Both the position numbers and the translations under genes were made by a program. The notes under the pieces were generated by a model, which worked only from the letters and a program-made list of their open reading frames with translations, searched no databases and had not been told where the DNA came from. Below, in pieces: positions 20,152 to 29,928 of a DNA stretch of 64,000 bases. Position 1 is the stretch's first letter, and each line of letters starts with the position of its first letter. The DNA comes from an uncultured SAR86 cluster bacterium (GTDB lineage: Bacteria > Pseudomonadota > Gammaproteobacteria > Magnimaribacterales > D2472): the NCBI GenBank assembly GCA_902515155.1, contig CABXTT010000003.1:16-64015 (forward strand), given 5' to 3'.

Positions 20152-20727
20152 ATGAAAACAATAGTTAAAGCCACAAATCTTAGTTATAAAATAAATGAAA
20201 AAAAACTTTTTCAGAATATTTCTTTTGATGTAGATGCTGGTTCTGCTCTTCATATTAAAGGTGGTAATGGAACAGGAAAAACTACGCTTCTTAGAATGAT
20301 CTTGGGCATTTCAAAACCAACAAGAGGTTCAATCGAATCTTTTGCTTATAAAGATATATGTTTTACTGGTCATAAAAATGCCTTAAAACAGTATCTTACA
20401 GTAGAAGATAACCTCATTTTGTTATCTTTAAATACCCATATTAATTTAGATAAATATCTTACTGATCTTGATTTGCATAATAGCTTAGATGTCACAGTTG
20501 CAAATTTATCTTTTGGTCAACAAAAAAAACTAGCTTTGCTTAGAGTATTTCTTAATGATTCAGATTTAATAATACTTGATGAGCCATGTGTTGGTCTTGA
20601 TAGTAATTCTCAACAAATTTTATGTTTCTTTATTAACGAGGAACTAAAGAAAGATAAATGTATTATCTTTTCTTCTCACATTCGATTAGATATCGAGGCT
20701 AATATATTGAACTTAGATAAGTTATGA
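20152..20727 (+). CDS. ccmA: Heme export ABC ATPase CcmA
   Basis: GGNGTGKTT, LSFGQ, ILDEP; first gene of ccm operon. Confidence 0.9.
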   Translation: MKTIVKATNLSYKINEKKLFQNISFDVDAGSALHIKGGNGTGKTTLLRMILGISKPTRGSIESFAYKDICFTGHKNALKQYLTVEDNLILLSLNTHINLDKYLTDLDLHNSLDVTVANLSFGQQKKLALLRVFLNDSDLIILDEPCVGLDSNSQQILCFFINEELKKDKCIIFSSHIRLDIEANILNLDKL

Positions 20728-21371
20728 AAATATTTTATTTTGAATTTCTAAAATTAAGAAAAAAATCTAGAGGCTGGATTGGACCTATACTTGTTTTTGT
20801 TTTAATAATGACTGCCTTCCCTTTGACTGTTGAATTTTTAAATGAAGATTTAGATCAGGCTTTCTTTTCAGTTTTGTGGATTGCGCTAATGTTAGTAATG
20901 ATGCTTGCAACAGAAGATATTTTTTTAGAAGATTATAATGACGGGAGTCTAGAGCAACTCGCTTTAAAAAATCAATCCCTTGCTTTAATTCTTGGAACTA
21001 AAATATTTATATACTGGATGCTAATAGGAGTCCCAATTTCCTTTATTGGTTCATTTTATGGTTTTGGAATTACAAGGTCCTTTGATTTAGGTCTAAATAT
21101 TTTACCTATTCTTTTAGTGACATCTTATATATTTTTAAATGTATTTAGTTTTGGTAATGCGTTGAGTTTAACTAAAGGCTCTGTTCTTGGAACATTAATT
21201 ACAATGCCATTAGTTTTGCCTCTATTAGTTGTGCTAGGTAAAGTTGTCATATCTATAAATATTGGATTAAATTATTTTGGATTTCTAGCCCTGCTTTTAG
21301 GAATCTTATCGATTATAATAGTTGTAATTCCATTAATTATTTCCTTTATTATTAGGGCTCATTTAGAATAA
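20724..21371 (+). CDS. ccmB: Heme exporter permease CcmB
   Basis: FLEDYNDGSLEQL, multi-TM, operon position. Confidence 0.9.
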   Translation: MKIFYFEFLKLRKKSRGWIGPILVFVLIMTAFPLTVEFLNEDLDQAFFSVLWIALMLVMMLATEDIFLEDYNDGSLEQLALKNQSLALILGTKIFIYWMLIGVPISFIGSFYGFGITRSFDLGLNILPILLVTSYIFLNVFSFGNALSLTKGSVLGTLITMPLVLPLLVVLGKVVISINIGLNYFGFLALLLGILSIIIVVIPLIISFIIRAHLE

Positions 21372-21397
21372 TTTTTGGCTTAACTGCACCATTTATT

Positions 21398-22129
21398 GTG
21401 ATAAAAAAATTTATACATCAGTTTGCCTCACCAAAAACATATTTGTTTCAGGTTACCCGTGCATATCCTTATATTTTTGTAATATCAATATTGATTTATA
21501 TTATTTCTATTTTCTGGGGATTATTCTTAACACCTGAAGATTTTGTTCAAGGTAATTCTTATAGGATTATATACCTTCATGTTCCAGCATCATTTATTTC
21601 ACAAGCTCTCTATGGCGGTATGGCGATAGCAAGCGCAATTTTTCTAATATGGAAAGTAAAGCTATCTGCTTATCTAGTTAAATCCATTGCGCCTATTGGT
21701 GCTATGACTACTTTTATAGCGCTCATATCAGGTTCAATTTGGGGTATTCCAACTTGGGGAACTTGGTGGGCCTGGGACGCAAGAATTGTATCAACCTTAA
21801 TATTATTTATTATGTATCTTGGTTTAATATCTCTTCATGATTCATTTGCAAATTACGAAAAAGCTGATAAATTTTTAGCTGTTTTGGTATTAGTTGGTTC
21901 TGTAAATATCCCTATAATTAAAATGTCAGTGGAATGGTGGAGCACTTTGCATCAATCAGCCTCTATAACTATTTCCGATAAACCTACCATTGATCCATCA
22001 ATGCTGTACCCCCTTTTTGGTTCAATGATAGGCTTTACAGGAATTGTTGTATGTTTGGTTATTCTGTCATCAAAATTACATATATTCGTTCGCGAAAAAA
22101 ATAAGTCATGGATAAAGGACTATGTCTAA
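21398..22129 (+). CDS. ccmC: Heme exporter protein CcmC
   Basis: IYLHVP, WGIPTWGTWWAWDAR, WWSTLHQ. Confidence 0.95.
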   Translation: MIKKFIHQFASPKTYLFQVTRAYPYIFVISILIYIISIFWGLFLTPEDFVQGNSYRIIYLHVPASFISQALYGGMAIASAIFLIWKVKLSAYLVKSIAPIGAMTTFIALISGSIWGIPTWGTWWAWDARIVSTLILFIMYLGLISLHDSFANYEKADKFLAVLVLVGSVNIPIIKMSVEWWSTLHQSASITISDKPTIDPSMLYPLFGSMIGFTGIVVCLVILSSKLHIFVREKNKSWIKDYV

Positions 22130-22295
22130 GTTTGCCTTTAACTCAATATCAGAGGCATTCACAATGCAAAGCTTAAACGGACAAAATCATGGCTTATATG
22201 TATGGTCTGTTTTAGCAATTGTCTTTTTTACTCTTTTAATTACTTTTTTAGTCTATAAATATAAGTTAAAGAAAATAAGCAAAAAAATAAAATGA
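22122..22295 (+). CDS. ccmD: Heme exporter protein CcmD (57 aa, not in ORF track)
   Basis: MSKFAFNSISEAFTMQSLNGQNHGLYVWSVLAIVFFTLLITFLVYKYKLKKISKKIK*; HGxYVW, one TM, basic tail; between ccmC and ccmE. Confidence 0.88.
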   Translation: MSKFAFNSISEAFTMQSLNGQNHGLYVWSVLAIVFFTLLITFLVYKYKLKKISKKIK

Positions 22296-22696
22296 AACCC
22301 CAAAGAAAAAGAAGATTAACAACTGTTTTTTTGATCTTAATATCTTCTGCATTTGGATCATTCCTAATTATTAAAGCATTAGATACAAATTTAGATTTCT
22401 TTTTTACACCTTCAGAATTATATTCACAAAATATTCCTGATAATAAAAGAATAAAAGTTGGTGGAATGGTCTTAGAAGGTTCTGTTAAAAGAGATAAAAC
22501 AAATATTATTTTTGAAATAACAGATTACAAAAATTCTATAACCGTAAATTTTAATGGAATAGTTCCTGATTTATTTCAGGAGGGAAGCGGCGTAGTTGTT
22601 CTTGGCTACATGAATAAAGACGTTATTTTAGCTGAAGAGGTTTTAGCTAAACATGATGAAAACTATATGCCACCAAATTTAGAAATAGAAAAATAG
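22292..22696 (+). CDS. ccmE: Heme chaperone CcmE
   Basis: FFTPSE, PDLFQEG, VLAKHDENYMPP. Confidence 0.95.
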   Translation: MKPQRKRRLTTVFLILISSAFGSFLIIKALDTNLDFFFTPSELYSQNIPDNKRIKVGGMVLEGSVKRDKTNIIFEITDYKNSITVNFNGIVPDLFQEGSGVVVLGYMNKDVILAEEVLAKHDENYMPPNLEIEK

Positions 22697-24592
22697 ATGT
22701 TAATAGAAGTCGCACATTATTTATCCATATTAGCTACCGGACTATTTTTCTTATGCTTTCTATTTGCATTTATTTTGAGTGCAAAAGATATTTTTGTTAT
22801 TAACTTAGTTTCTAGGGTATATACCCATGGGTTCTTATTTTTATTGATATCTTTTCTAATTTACGTTTGGTTGGCTATAAATGATAATTTCAATGTTTTA
22901 TATATTGCTCAACACTCAAATACTAATTTACCAACTTTTTATAAGATATCCTCTATATGGAGCGCACATGAAGGGTCAATGTTCTTATGGATTGTTTTCC
23001 TTTGTTTATGGGGAGTTATATTCAATCTTTTTACTAAAAATATCCAAGATCTTAAAGCAAAAAGCCTTGGCGTTATCTCTTTTGTGGCTGTTGGATTTCT
23101 GCTATTTTTATTATTAACATCAAATCCATTTTTAACAATTCTTCCTATAGCACCCGAAAACGGTGCTGATATAAATCCAGTACTTCAAGATCCTGCCTTA
23201 GCTATTCATCCACCTATATTATATTTGGGCTATGTTGGTTTTGTAATAGCATTCGCACATGCAATTGCATTTCTTGTTAATGGCGACCCTTCAATTAAAT
23301 GGGAATCTCTTGTTAGAACATGGTCTATTTCTTCTTGGTCTCTTCTTACAGTTGGAATAGCCTTGGGGAGTTGGTGGGCTTATTATGAGCTTGGTTGGGG
23401 AGGGTATTGGTTTTGGGATCCTGTTGAAAATGTTGCTTTGATGCCATGGCTTGCTGCTACTGCATTTGTTCATTCGTTGAGTGTATCTATAAAGTCTTCA
23501 TTGCTAAGAATTTGGACCATCCTTTTATCAATAATAGTTTTCTCATTAAGTTTATTTGGTGCATTTATTGTCCGCTCGGGAATAATTGATAGCGTTCATT
23601 CTTTTGCTAATGATCCCGAAAGAGGATTATATCTATTAGGATTTATAGCAATATTAATTGTTATTTCAACAATATTATTTTCATTCAGATTGTCCATATT
23701 AGCTTCAAAAAGAAATATAGCTTCTTTTTCTAAAGAATCATTTATATCAATAAATAACATAATTTTTGGCACCTTAATATTCTCTACTATGCTTGGAGTC
23801 TTATATCCTTTAATCTATGAATATCTATATGATCAAAAGATTAGTGTTGGTGCGCCCTTTTACAATGCAATATTTATACCTTTAACCCTTATTGCAGGGA
23901 TATTTCTTTTTTTCTCAATTGATTCAAAATGGCAAAGAAGTGTAAAAATAATTAATTTTTTAAGTCCAATGAGCGCTTCATTATTGATAGCTGGAGCAAG
24001 TTTGTTTTTAATTAATTATTTCTTGGCCATCAATGATTATTCGATACTCTTATCTGTGTTTGTTGGAATACTAATTCTTGTAAGATATATGTTCGTCATA
24101 TACGAATATTTATTCAAACGAAAATATTCAAATCCATATAGCATTATTGCTCATTTGGGGCTTAGTATTCTAATTATATCTATTGCATTTAATAGTGAGT
24201 TTAGTTCCGAAAGGGCATTAAATATTAGAATGAATGAAAGCGATACATACCGAGGCTACGATATTAAATTTGACGATCTAAGGCTAGAAAAATCTTCAAA
24301 TTACGATGCTGTTATTGCATCTTTTATTTTAAATGGTTCAGATGGAAGAAACTTTATTTTGAAACCAGAAAAAAGAAAATATTTTGCTAGAGGCCAAATA
24401 ACAACAGAAACAGCAATAAAAATATCTCCATTAAAGGATATTTATATGACTATTGGAGATCAACTTGATGATGGAAGCTGGATTGTAAATATACAATTAA
24501 ATTATTTTATTAGATGGATTTGGTTTTCAGCAATCATGATGGCGTTTGCCGGACTTATGCTGGCATATTCTCTTGTAAGAGGTAAAAGATGA
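22697..24592 (+). CDS. ccmF: Heme lyase CcmF
   Basis: HEGS, IHPP, WAYYELGWGGYWFWDPVEN, SVHSFA. Confidence 0.97.
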   Translation: MLIEVAHYLSILATGLFFLCFLFAFILSAKDIFVINLVSRVYTHGFLFLLISFLIYVWLAINDNFNVLYIAQHSNTNLPTFYKISSIWSAHEGSMFLWIVFLCLWGVIFNLFTKNIQDLKAKSLGVISFVAVGFLLFLLLTSNPFLTILPIAPENGADINPVLQDPALAIHPPILYLGYVGFVIAFAHAIAFLVNGDPSIKWESLVRTWSISSWSLLTVGIALGSWWAYYELGWGGYWFWDPVENVALMPWLAATAFVHSLSVSIKSSLLRIWTILLSIIVFSLSLFGAFIVRSGIIDSVHSFANDPERGLYLLGFIAILIVISTILFSFRLSILASKRNIASFSKESFISINNIIFGTLIFSTMLGVLYPLIYEYLYDQKISVGAPFYNAIFIPLTLIAGIFLFFSIDSKWQRSVKIINFLSPMSASLLIAGASLFLINYFLAINDYSILLSVFVGILILVRYMFVIYEYLFKRKYSNPYSIIAHLGLSILIISIAFNSEFSSERALNIRMNESDTYRGYDIKFDDLRLEKSSNYDAVIASFILNGSDGRNFILKPEKRKYFARGQITTETAIKISPLKDIYMTIGDQLDDGSWIVNIQLNYFIRWIWFSAIMMAFAGLMLAYSLVRGKR

Positions 24593-25119
24593 AGATTATA
24601 TTGAGAGCTATATTAATAACCTTACCTATTTTATTTTTTACATTTTTTTATTTATATATCAATGAAGATAAATATTATCCTGGCGCTGACTTTAGAAAAT
24701 TTGAGATGCCTATCTTTAAAATAAATAGCTTATATGATGAATCAAATATATCTAATAATGATCTTAAAGGTGCTTATTTAGTTAATGTTTGGGCAAGCTG
24801 GTGCATAACTTGCAGAGTTGAACATGGTTTTCTATCGAAACTAAGTAATGAAGGAATACCAATTATTGGACTGAACTACAAAGACAAAAAAGATGATGCA
24901 ATTAGTTGGATTACTAAATTTGGTGATCCTTATGAGTTAATAATACACGATTTAAAAGGCGAATTAGCATTAGACATGGGTGTAACGGGAGCACCAGAAA
25001 CATTTTTACTTCACAATGGAAATGTTATTGCTCAGTATAGAGGAGAGGTCAATAAAATGATTTGGAACGATGTATTTATGCCGATTATAGAAAAAGAGGA
25101 AATTTTTAATAATGATTAG
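24589..25119 (+). CDS. ccmG: Thiol:disulfide interchange protein CcmG/DsbE
   Basis: NVWASWCITC, GVTGAPETF. Confidence 0.93.
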   Translation: MKIILRAILITLPILFFTFFYLYINEDKYYPGADFRKFEMPIFKINSLYDESNISNNDLKGAYLVNVWASWCITCRVEHGFLSKLSNEGIPIIGLNYKDKKDDAISWITKFGDPYELIIHDLKGELALDMGVTGAPETFLLHNGNVIAQYRGEVNKMIWNDVFMPIIEKEEIFNND

Positions 25120-25486
25120 ACCCTGTATTCTTTTTACATTATTTTTTTCATTTTATATGTCAGCAGATGCACTTTATGAATTTGAAAGCCTTGAAGATGA
25201 AAAGAGGTTCTATAATTTAATAAAAGAAGTACGATGTCCTAAATGTACAAGCGGATCTCTTGCAAGTTCAAATGCACCAGTATCAGAAGACTTAAAACAG
25301 AAAATTATTGAATTAATTAAAAAAGGAAAAACTGATAAAGAAATAAAAGATTTTTTAACTTCAAGATTTGGAAATGATGTCTTGTACAACCCTGGATTTA
25401 ATCAAAATACATACTTTCTTTGGTTTGCGCCTGTATTATTTTTAATAATGGGGTTAATGATGTTTGTTATAAGAAAAAATAAATGA
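25112..25486 (+). CDS. ccmH: Cytochrome c biogenesis protein CcmH
   Basis: VRCPKC, RFGNDVLYNP, LWFAP. Confidence 0.92.
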   Translation: MIRPCILFTLFFSFYMSADALYEFESLEDEKRFYNLIKEVRCPKCTSGSLASSNAPVSEDLKQKIIELIKKGKTDKEIKDFLTSRFGNDVLYNPGFNQNTYFLWFAPVLFLIMGLMMFVIRKNK

Positions 25487-26262
25487 TTTATATCTATTTA
25501 TTATCGGTAGTTGCATTATTTCCAATTATTGCATATTTACTATCTCAAAAAACAATCAATAAAGGATACATATTTGGCTTTTCAACTATTGTAATTTTGT
25601 TTTGTATTTTAATATTTACTGGAAAGTTTTCATTTCTTGGGTCTTTAAAAGAACAAGAAATAAATACTCAAATAAAATCATCAATTTCAAAAGATGAGGC
25701 AATGCCCTCAATTACTATTTCAGAGTTTGAAAAACACATAGAAGACACATTGAAAGCAGAATGGATGCAGGCATATATTAACAAAGCTATATCATCAAAG
25801 AAGCTTAATGCTGCTGAAAATCTTATTTCTTATTCTGAAAAATACTTTAAGTCTCCTGATGAGAAATTTATTTTTTATAGTCTCTATACAAAACTTAGAG
25901 ATAGTAAATTTCCTGTATTTGCTGATTCAAATTTTATACTTAAATTAGAGCCGATAAGCGAGTGTGAAGATTTTGAAGGGAAGATTGAATTATTCATTAT
26001 GAATGGACCCAACCTTCCAATAGCTAAAAAGAATTTTGAGAATCTTTTTTTAGTTTCTTTAAGCAATTTAGATTCTTCAATACCTGGTTTCGATCTTACT
26101 TCTGTTTATTTAAATCGAGAAACGACTGACTTAAAAGTTGCATTAAGATGCGTAAATTCTTCCGTAAACTTGATTTACGAAACCTCAATCTTTTTTGATC
26201 AAAATAGCGCGTCAAATACCTATAAAATAGGCTCAAATGAATGGTTAAAAAAGGAACAATAG
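25483..26262 (+). CDS. Divergent CcmI/CycH-like protein
   Basis: Two N-terminal TM helices; LFIMNGPNLPIAKK..VSLSNLDSSIPGFDL resembles the CcmI C-terminal domain; last gene of ccm operon. Confidence 0.55.
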   Translation: MIYIYLLSVVALFPIIAYLLSQKTINKGYIFGFSTIVILFCILIFTGKFSFLGSLKEQEINTQIKSSISKDEAMPSITISEFEKHIEDTLKAEWMQAYINKAISSKKLNAAENLISYSEKYFKSPDEKFIFYSLYTKLRDSKFPVFADSNFILKLEPISECEDFEGKIELFIMNGPNLPIAKKNFENLFLVSLSNLDSSIPGFDLTSVYLNRETTDLKVALRCVNSSVNLIYETSIFFDQNSASNTYKIGSNEWLKKEQ

Positions 26263-26295
26263 TTTAATATATAGATAAGAAAATAATTCTTAACA

Positions 26296-29283
26296 ATGCA
26301 GCTTAAACATATAAAACTAGCAGGTTTTAAAAGTTTCGTAGATCCAACGAAGATATCTTTTCCTACGAATTTAGTTGGTGTAGTTGGCCCAAATGGATGT
26401 GGTAAATCTAATGTCATTGATGCAGTCAGATGGGTTCTTGGTGAATTATCTGCCAAGAATTTAAGAGGTGAATCTATGGTTGATGTCATATTTAATGGCT
26501 CAGAAAATAGAAAAGCTTCTGGTCAATGTAGTATTGAACTCTTATTCGATAACTCGCTTGGAAAGATAGGCGGCGAATATGTTGCATTTAATGAAATCTC
26601 TATAAAAAGAGTAATGAATCGAGACGCTAAATCTGACTATTTTATTAACAGCACAAAGTGTCGAAGGAAAGATGTTCAAGATATATTTCTTGGAACTGGG
26701 CTTGGACCTAGTTCTTATGCAATTATTGAACAGGGTATGGTTAGTAAACTAGTAAGTGCAAAACCTGAAGAGTTAAGAACTCACATCGAAGAGGCAGCTG
26801 GTGTTTCAAAATATAGAGAAAGAAGGAGAGAGACAGAAAGTAGAATTAAGAAAACTAAAGAAAATCTTTCAAGAGTTAAAGATATCAAAGATGAAATTGA
26901 GAGACTAATAAGAAGATTAGAAAATCAGGCTAAAGCAGCTGAAAAATATAATCTTCTAAAAAATGAAGAGTCGCAAAATCAAATAGATACAGCGGTATTG
27001 TTTTCTATAGAGGCTCAAAATAACAGGGATAAGCTTCAAAAAAATCTAGACGGACTAAACCGAGATCTTAAAATAAAACAAACTGAATCTGATACAAAGC
27101 AATCACAAATAGATGAATTTAGAACTCAAAATGAGTCAGTTGTTGATGCTTATGAAAATGCTCAAAAGAATTTTTATACCATAGGAGCAGAAATTGCAAA
27201 GCATGAGGCTGACCTCCAGAATCTATCTAAATCAGAGGCGTCAAACATTGATGCACTCAAAAGAGCTAAGGATAGCTATGAGAAAGCTTTGGAAAATGAA
27301 TCAACATTTAAAGACTTAAGCCCAAAAGAGCAAGAGTTAAAACTCAATATTTCAATAATAAAGGCTCTAGAAGCTTTAGATCAAAAAGATAGCATTAATA
27401 AGCTTATTAAGCCTCTAGAAGACCAGATTCATGATAAACAAGCTGATTTAGACTCAAAGCAAGGTGCTATAAATAGCATAAAAGATAAACAAATTTCAAT
27501 TAATGAAAAAGTTAAAGATCTTCAATCACAAAGCTATAAAAAGGGTAGCGATATTGCAAGATTAGAGGGGAGTCTAAATAATTTAATAAAAATAGAGTCT
27601 CAAAGCAAAATTGATTTAGAAAAGGCTAATTCTAATTATAATAAAGCTCTTGAAAATGAATCGAATAATGATCACCTAAGTCCAAAAGAGAAAGCAGTCA
27701 GACTGCTAGATTCTATTATTGATTTATTAAAAAGTTTTGGATCTAATGCTGAAGCTGTAAATAGAAAAGTTTTAGAGCTTAAAGAACTTTTTACAAGCAT
27801 CTTACAAATTGCCTCCGACCAGTCGAAAAGCTTAACCAAAGAATATCTTGAAAGACAGGAAGAAATTACTCAACTACTTAAAAAAACTGATGAAAATAAA
27901 AAAGAATCTCAGGGGAATCTTGATGAAGCCCGTTCAGAAAAAAAATCTATTGATGAAGAATTAGATAATCTTTCTAAAATTCTTGAAAAAGTTGATGATT
28001 CTGTTCGAGAGCTCGATGGCAATAAATCATTTACTTCAAATGAATTAAGATCATTAGAAAAAGAAGCTAATACCCTAAGATTAGACCTCAGAACTTATGA
28101 AGTTAATTTAGAAAATGCTTCAGTAGTGCTTAAAAAAGCTAATATAAATATATCTGAATTAAATTCGTCAGATTATGAAAATATGGATCTTGTTGGTTTG
28201 GAGAAGTCTCTTGATGAAATTCAAAAAAATATTGCAGATATTGGCTCAATTAATCTTGCATCTCCTGAAGAATATTTAGAAAGGCAAAATGATTTATCTA
28301 GTTTGATACAACAGGGTGAATCTAGAAAATTAGAACTGCAAAAAATAATGTCAGAATTGGTCGAAAAAAGCTCAAACTCTGAGGCAATTCTCACTGATAT
28401 TCGTCAAAAGCAATCCAAGTTTAATGAAAGCTTAAGAGATTTAGAAAATAAAAAATCTATTGCCGAATTAGATTTAAAATCTATTAACGAAAAAGTTACT
28501 AATGTAAGGCTAGATTTGAAAACATATGAAATTAATTTAGAAAATGCAAATCAAAAAATTAAGGAATCTGGCATTAGTGTTGATAGTATTGATCCATTGA
28601 AATATCAAGATATGGATGTCAACCAGCTTCAAGATAGGCTTGTAGACATTCAAGCTAAAATAATTAGACTTGGCGCTATAAACCTTGCCGCACCTGAAGA
28701 AATTGCAGAGGAATCAAAAAGAAAAGAAGAGTTAGATATTCAATATGATGATCTCACTGAGGCAATGGATAAACTAGCTGGAGCCATTAAAACTATTGAT
28801 CAAGAAACTAAAACAAGATTTAAGGATAGTTTTGATGCAATTAACTTAAGAATGAAAGAAGTATTTTCGAAACTTTTTGGTGGTGGTTTTGCAGAGCTAG
28901 CACTAACCGAAGATGATGCTCTTAATGCAGGTGTAGTTATTATGGCTCGACCTCCTGGTAAAAAGAATTCATCAATTTCTCAATTATCTGGAGGAGAAAA
29001 GGCTCTAACAGCCCTAGCATTAGTTTTTGCAATTTTTGAATTAAACCCTGCTCCATTTTGTATTTTAGATGAAGTGGATGCCCCCTTAGATGACTTAAAT
29101 ACGATGCGATTTATAAATATGGTTGAAGAAATGTCAAAAACAGTTCAATTTATATTTATTACACATAACAAGGTATCTATGGAAAAAAGTGATCATTTAA
29201 TGGGAGTCACTATGCAAGAAGCAGGAGTTTCCAGAATGGTTACTGTAGATGTGAATCAAGCATTAGAATTTGCAGAGGCATAA
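26296..29283 (+). CDS. smc: Chromosome segregation ATPase SMC, atypical (no hinge, duplicated arms)
   Basis: GFKSF, GPNGCGKSN, IIEQG, LSGGEK, ILDEVDAPLD, ITH; upstream of zipA. Confidence 0.93.
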   Translation: MQLKHIKLAGFKSFVDPTKISFPTNLVGVVGPNGCGKSNVIDAVRWVLGELSAKNLRGESMVDVIFNGSENRKASGQCSIELLFDNSLGKIGGEYVAFNEISIKRVMNRDAKSDYFINSTKCRRKDVQDIFLGTGLGPSSYAIIEQGMVSKLVSAKPEELRTHIEEAAGVSKYRERRRETESRIKKTKENLSRVKDIKDEIERLIRRLENQAKAAEKYNLLKNEESQNQIDTAVLFSIEAQNNRDKLQKNLDGLNRDLKIKQTESDTKQSQIDEFRTQNESVVDAYENAQKNFYTIGAEIAKHEADLQNLSKSEASNIDALKRAKDSYEKALENESTFKDLSPKEQELKLNISIIKALEALDQKDSINKLIKPLEDQIHDKQADLDSKQGAINSIKDKQISINEKVKDLQSQSYKKGSDIARLEGSLNNLIKIESQSKIDLEKANSNYNKALENESNNDHLSPKEKAVRLLDSIIDLLKSFGSNAEAVNRKVLELKELFTSILQIASDQSKSLTKEYLERQEEITQLLKKTDENKKESQGNLDEARSEKKSIDEELDNLSKILEKVDDSVRELDGNKSFTSNELRSLEKEANTLRLDLRTYEVNLENASVVLKKANINISELNSSDYENMDLVGLEKSLDEIQKNIADIGSINLASPEEYLERQNDLSSLIQQGESRKLELQKIMSELVEKSSNSEAILTDIRQKQSKFNESLRDLENKKSIAELDLKSINEKVTNVRLDLKTYEINLENANQKIKESGISVDSIDPLKYQDMDVNQLQDRLVDIQAKIIRLGAINLAAPEEIAEESKRKEELDIQYDDLTEAMDKLAGAIKTIDQETKTRFKDSFDAINLRMKEVFSKLFGGGFAELALTEDDALNAGVVIMARPPGKKNSSISQLSGGEKALTALALVFAIFELNPAPFCILDEVDAPLDDLNTMRFINMVEEMSKTVQFIFITHNKVSMEKSDHLMGVTMQEAGVSRMVTVDVNQALEFAEA
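26971..27690 (+). repeat. Internal tandem duplication in SMC N-arm, period 360 nt (120 aa)
   Basis: KALENES at nt 27283 and 27643; LSPKE at aa 341 and 461; GAEIA/GSDIA; outer boundary approximate. Confidence 0.85.
27841..28698 (+). repeat. Internal tandem duplication in SMC C-arm, period 429 nt (143 aa)
   Basis: EYLERQ at nt 27841 and 28270; RLDLRTYEVNLENA/RLDLKTYEINLENA; GSINLASPEE/GAINLAAPEE. Confidence 0.9.
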
Positions 29284-29904
29284 ATGCAAACGAATATTGA
29301 TATATATTTAATAGGGTTTTCTGTATTAATTTTTCTAATAATAGCTTTTTTATTTATCAGAAAAATTTCGAATAAAGGGGGCCTTAAAGTAAAAATAGAA
29401 CCTGTAACTGATGCTTTTGAAATCAAAGATATGGATGATCCTGAGTTACAAAATCAACAAGCTTTTGATTTTCAGGCACAACAAGAGACCACATTCCAAG
29501 AATTGGTAGTGTTAAATTTAATTTCAGTAGATAAATCACCCTTTGATATTGATCAAATTTTTGGCTTTATGACTAATTCTAGTGTCCAATTAGCTCATGG
29601 CTTCTTTACACATAAAGATGACAATAATAAAGAAATTTTTAGAATTGCAAATGCTCTTAATCCTGGAACATTTGCTGAAGATACTAAAACATTTGCAATA
29701 ATTATCGCTACTGATCTAAATAATGTGAGCAATCCAATTGAAACAGTTAAAGAAATGGTAAATTTTGCATATGATTTCTCAGAAAAATTTCATGCAAATA
29801 TTTGTGATGCTGAAAGGATGCCAATTACTAAACAGATGATTTCACATATCGAAACCAAGGCACAGGAAATTATGCGCCTTAAACAACTTGCTGATTTTGA
29901 TTAA
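29284..29904 (+). CDS. zipA: Cell division protein ZipA
   Basis: N-terminal TM; FRIANALNPGTF FtsZ-binding domain; follows smc. Confidence 0.8.
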   Translation: MQTNIDIYLIGFSVLIFLIIAFLFIRKISNKGGLKVKIEPVTDAFEIKDMDDPELQNQQAFDFQAQQETTFQELVVLNLISVDKSPFDIDQIFGFMTNSSVQLAHGFFTHKDDNNKEIFRIANALNPGTFAEDTKTFAIIIATDLNNVSNPIETVKEMVNFAYDFSEKFHANICDAERMPITKQMISHIETKAQEIMRLKQLADFD

Positions 29905-29928
29905 TAATATGAGGTCTTTTTAATAACT

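Noticed and set aside
26296-29283. SMC-like defence or repair ATPase (Wadjet/MksB, SbcC, RecN)
   Set aside because: Head motifs and the smc-zipA context are those of housekeeping Smc; no jetABD, mksEF or sbcD partner adjacent.
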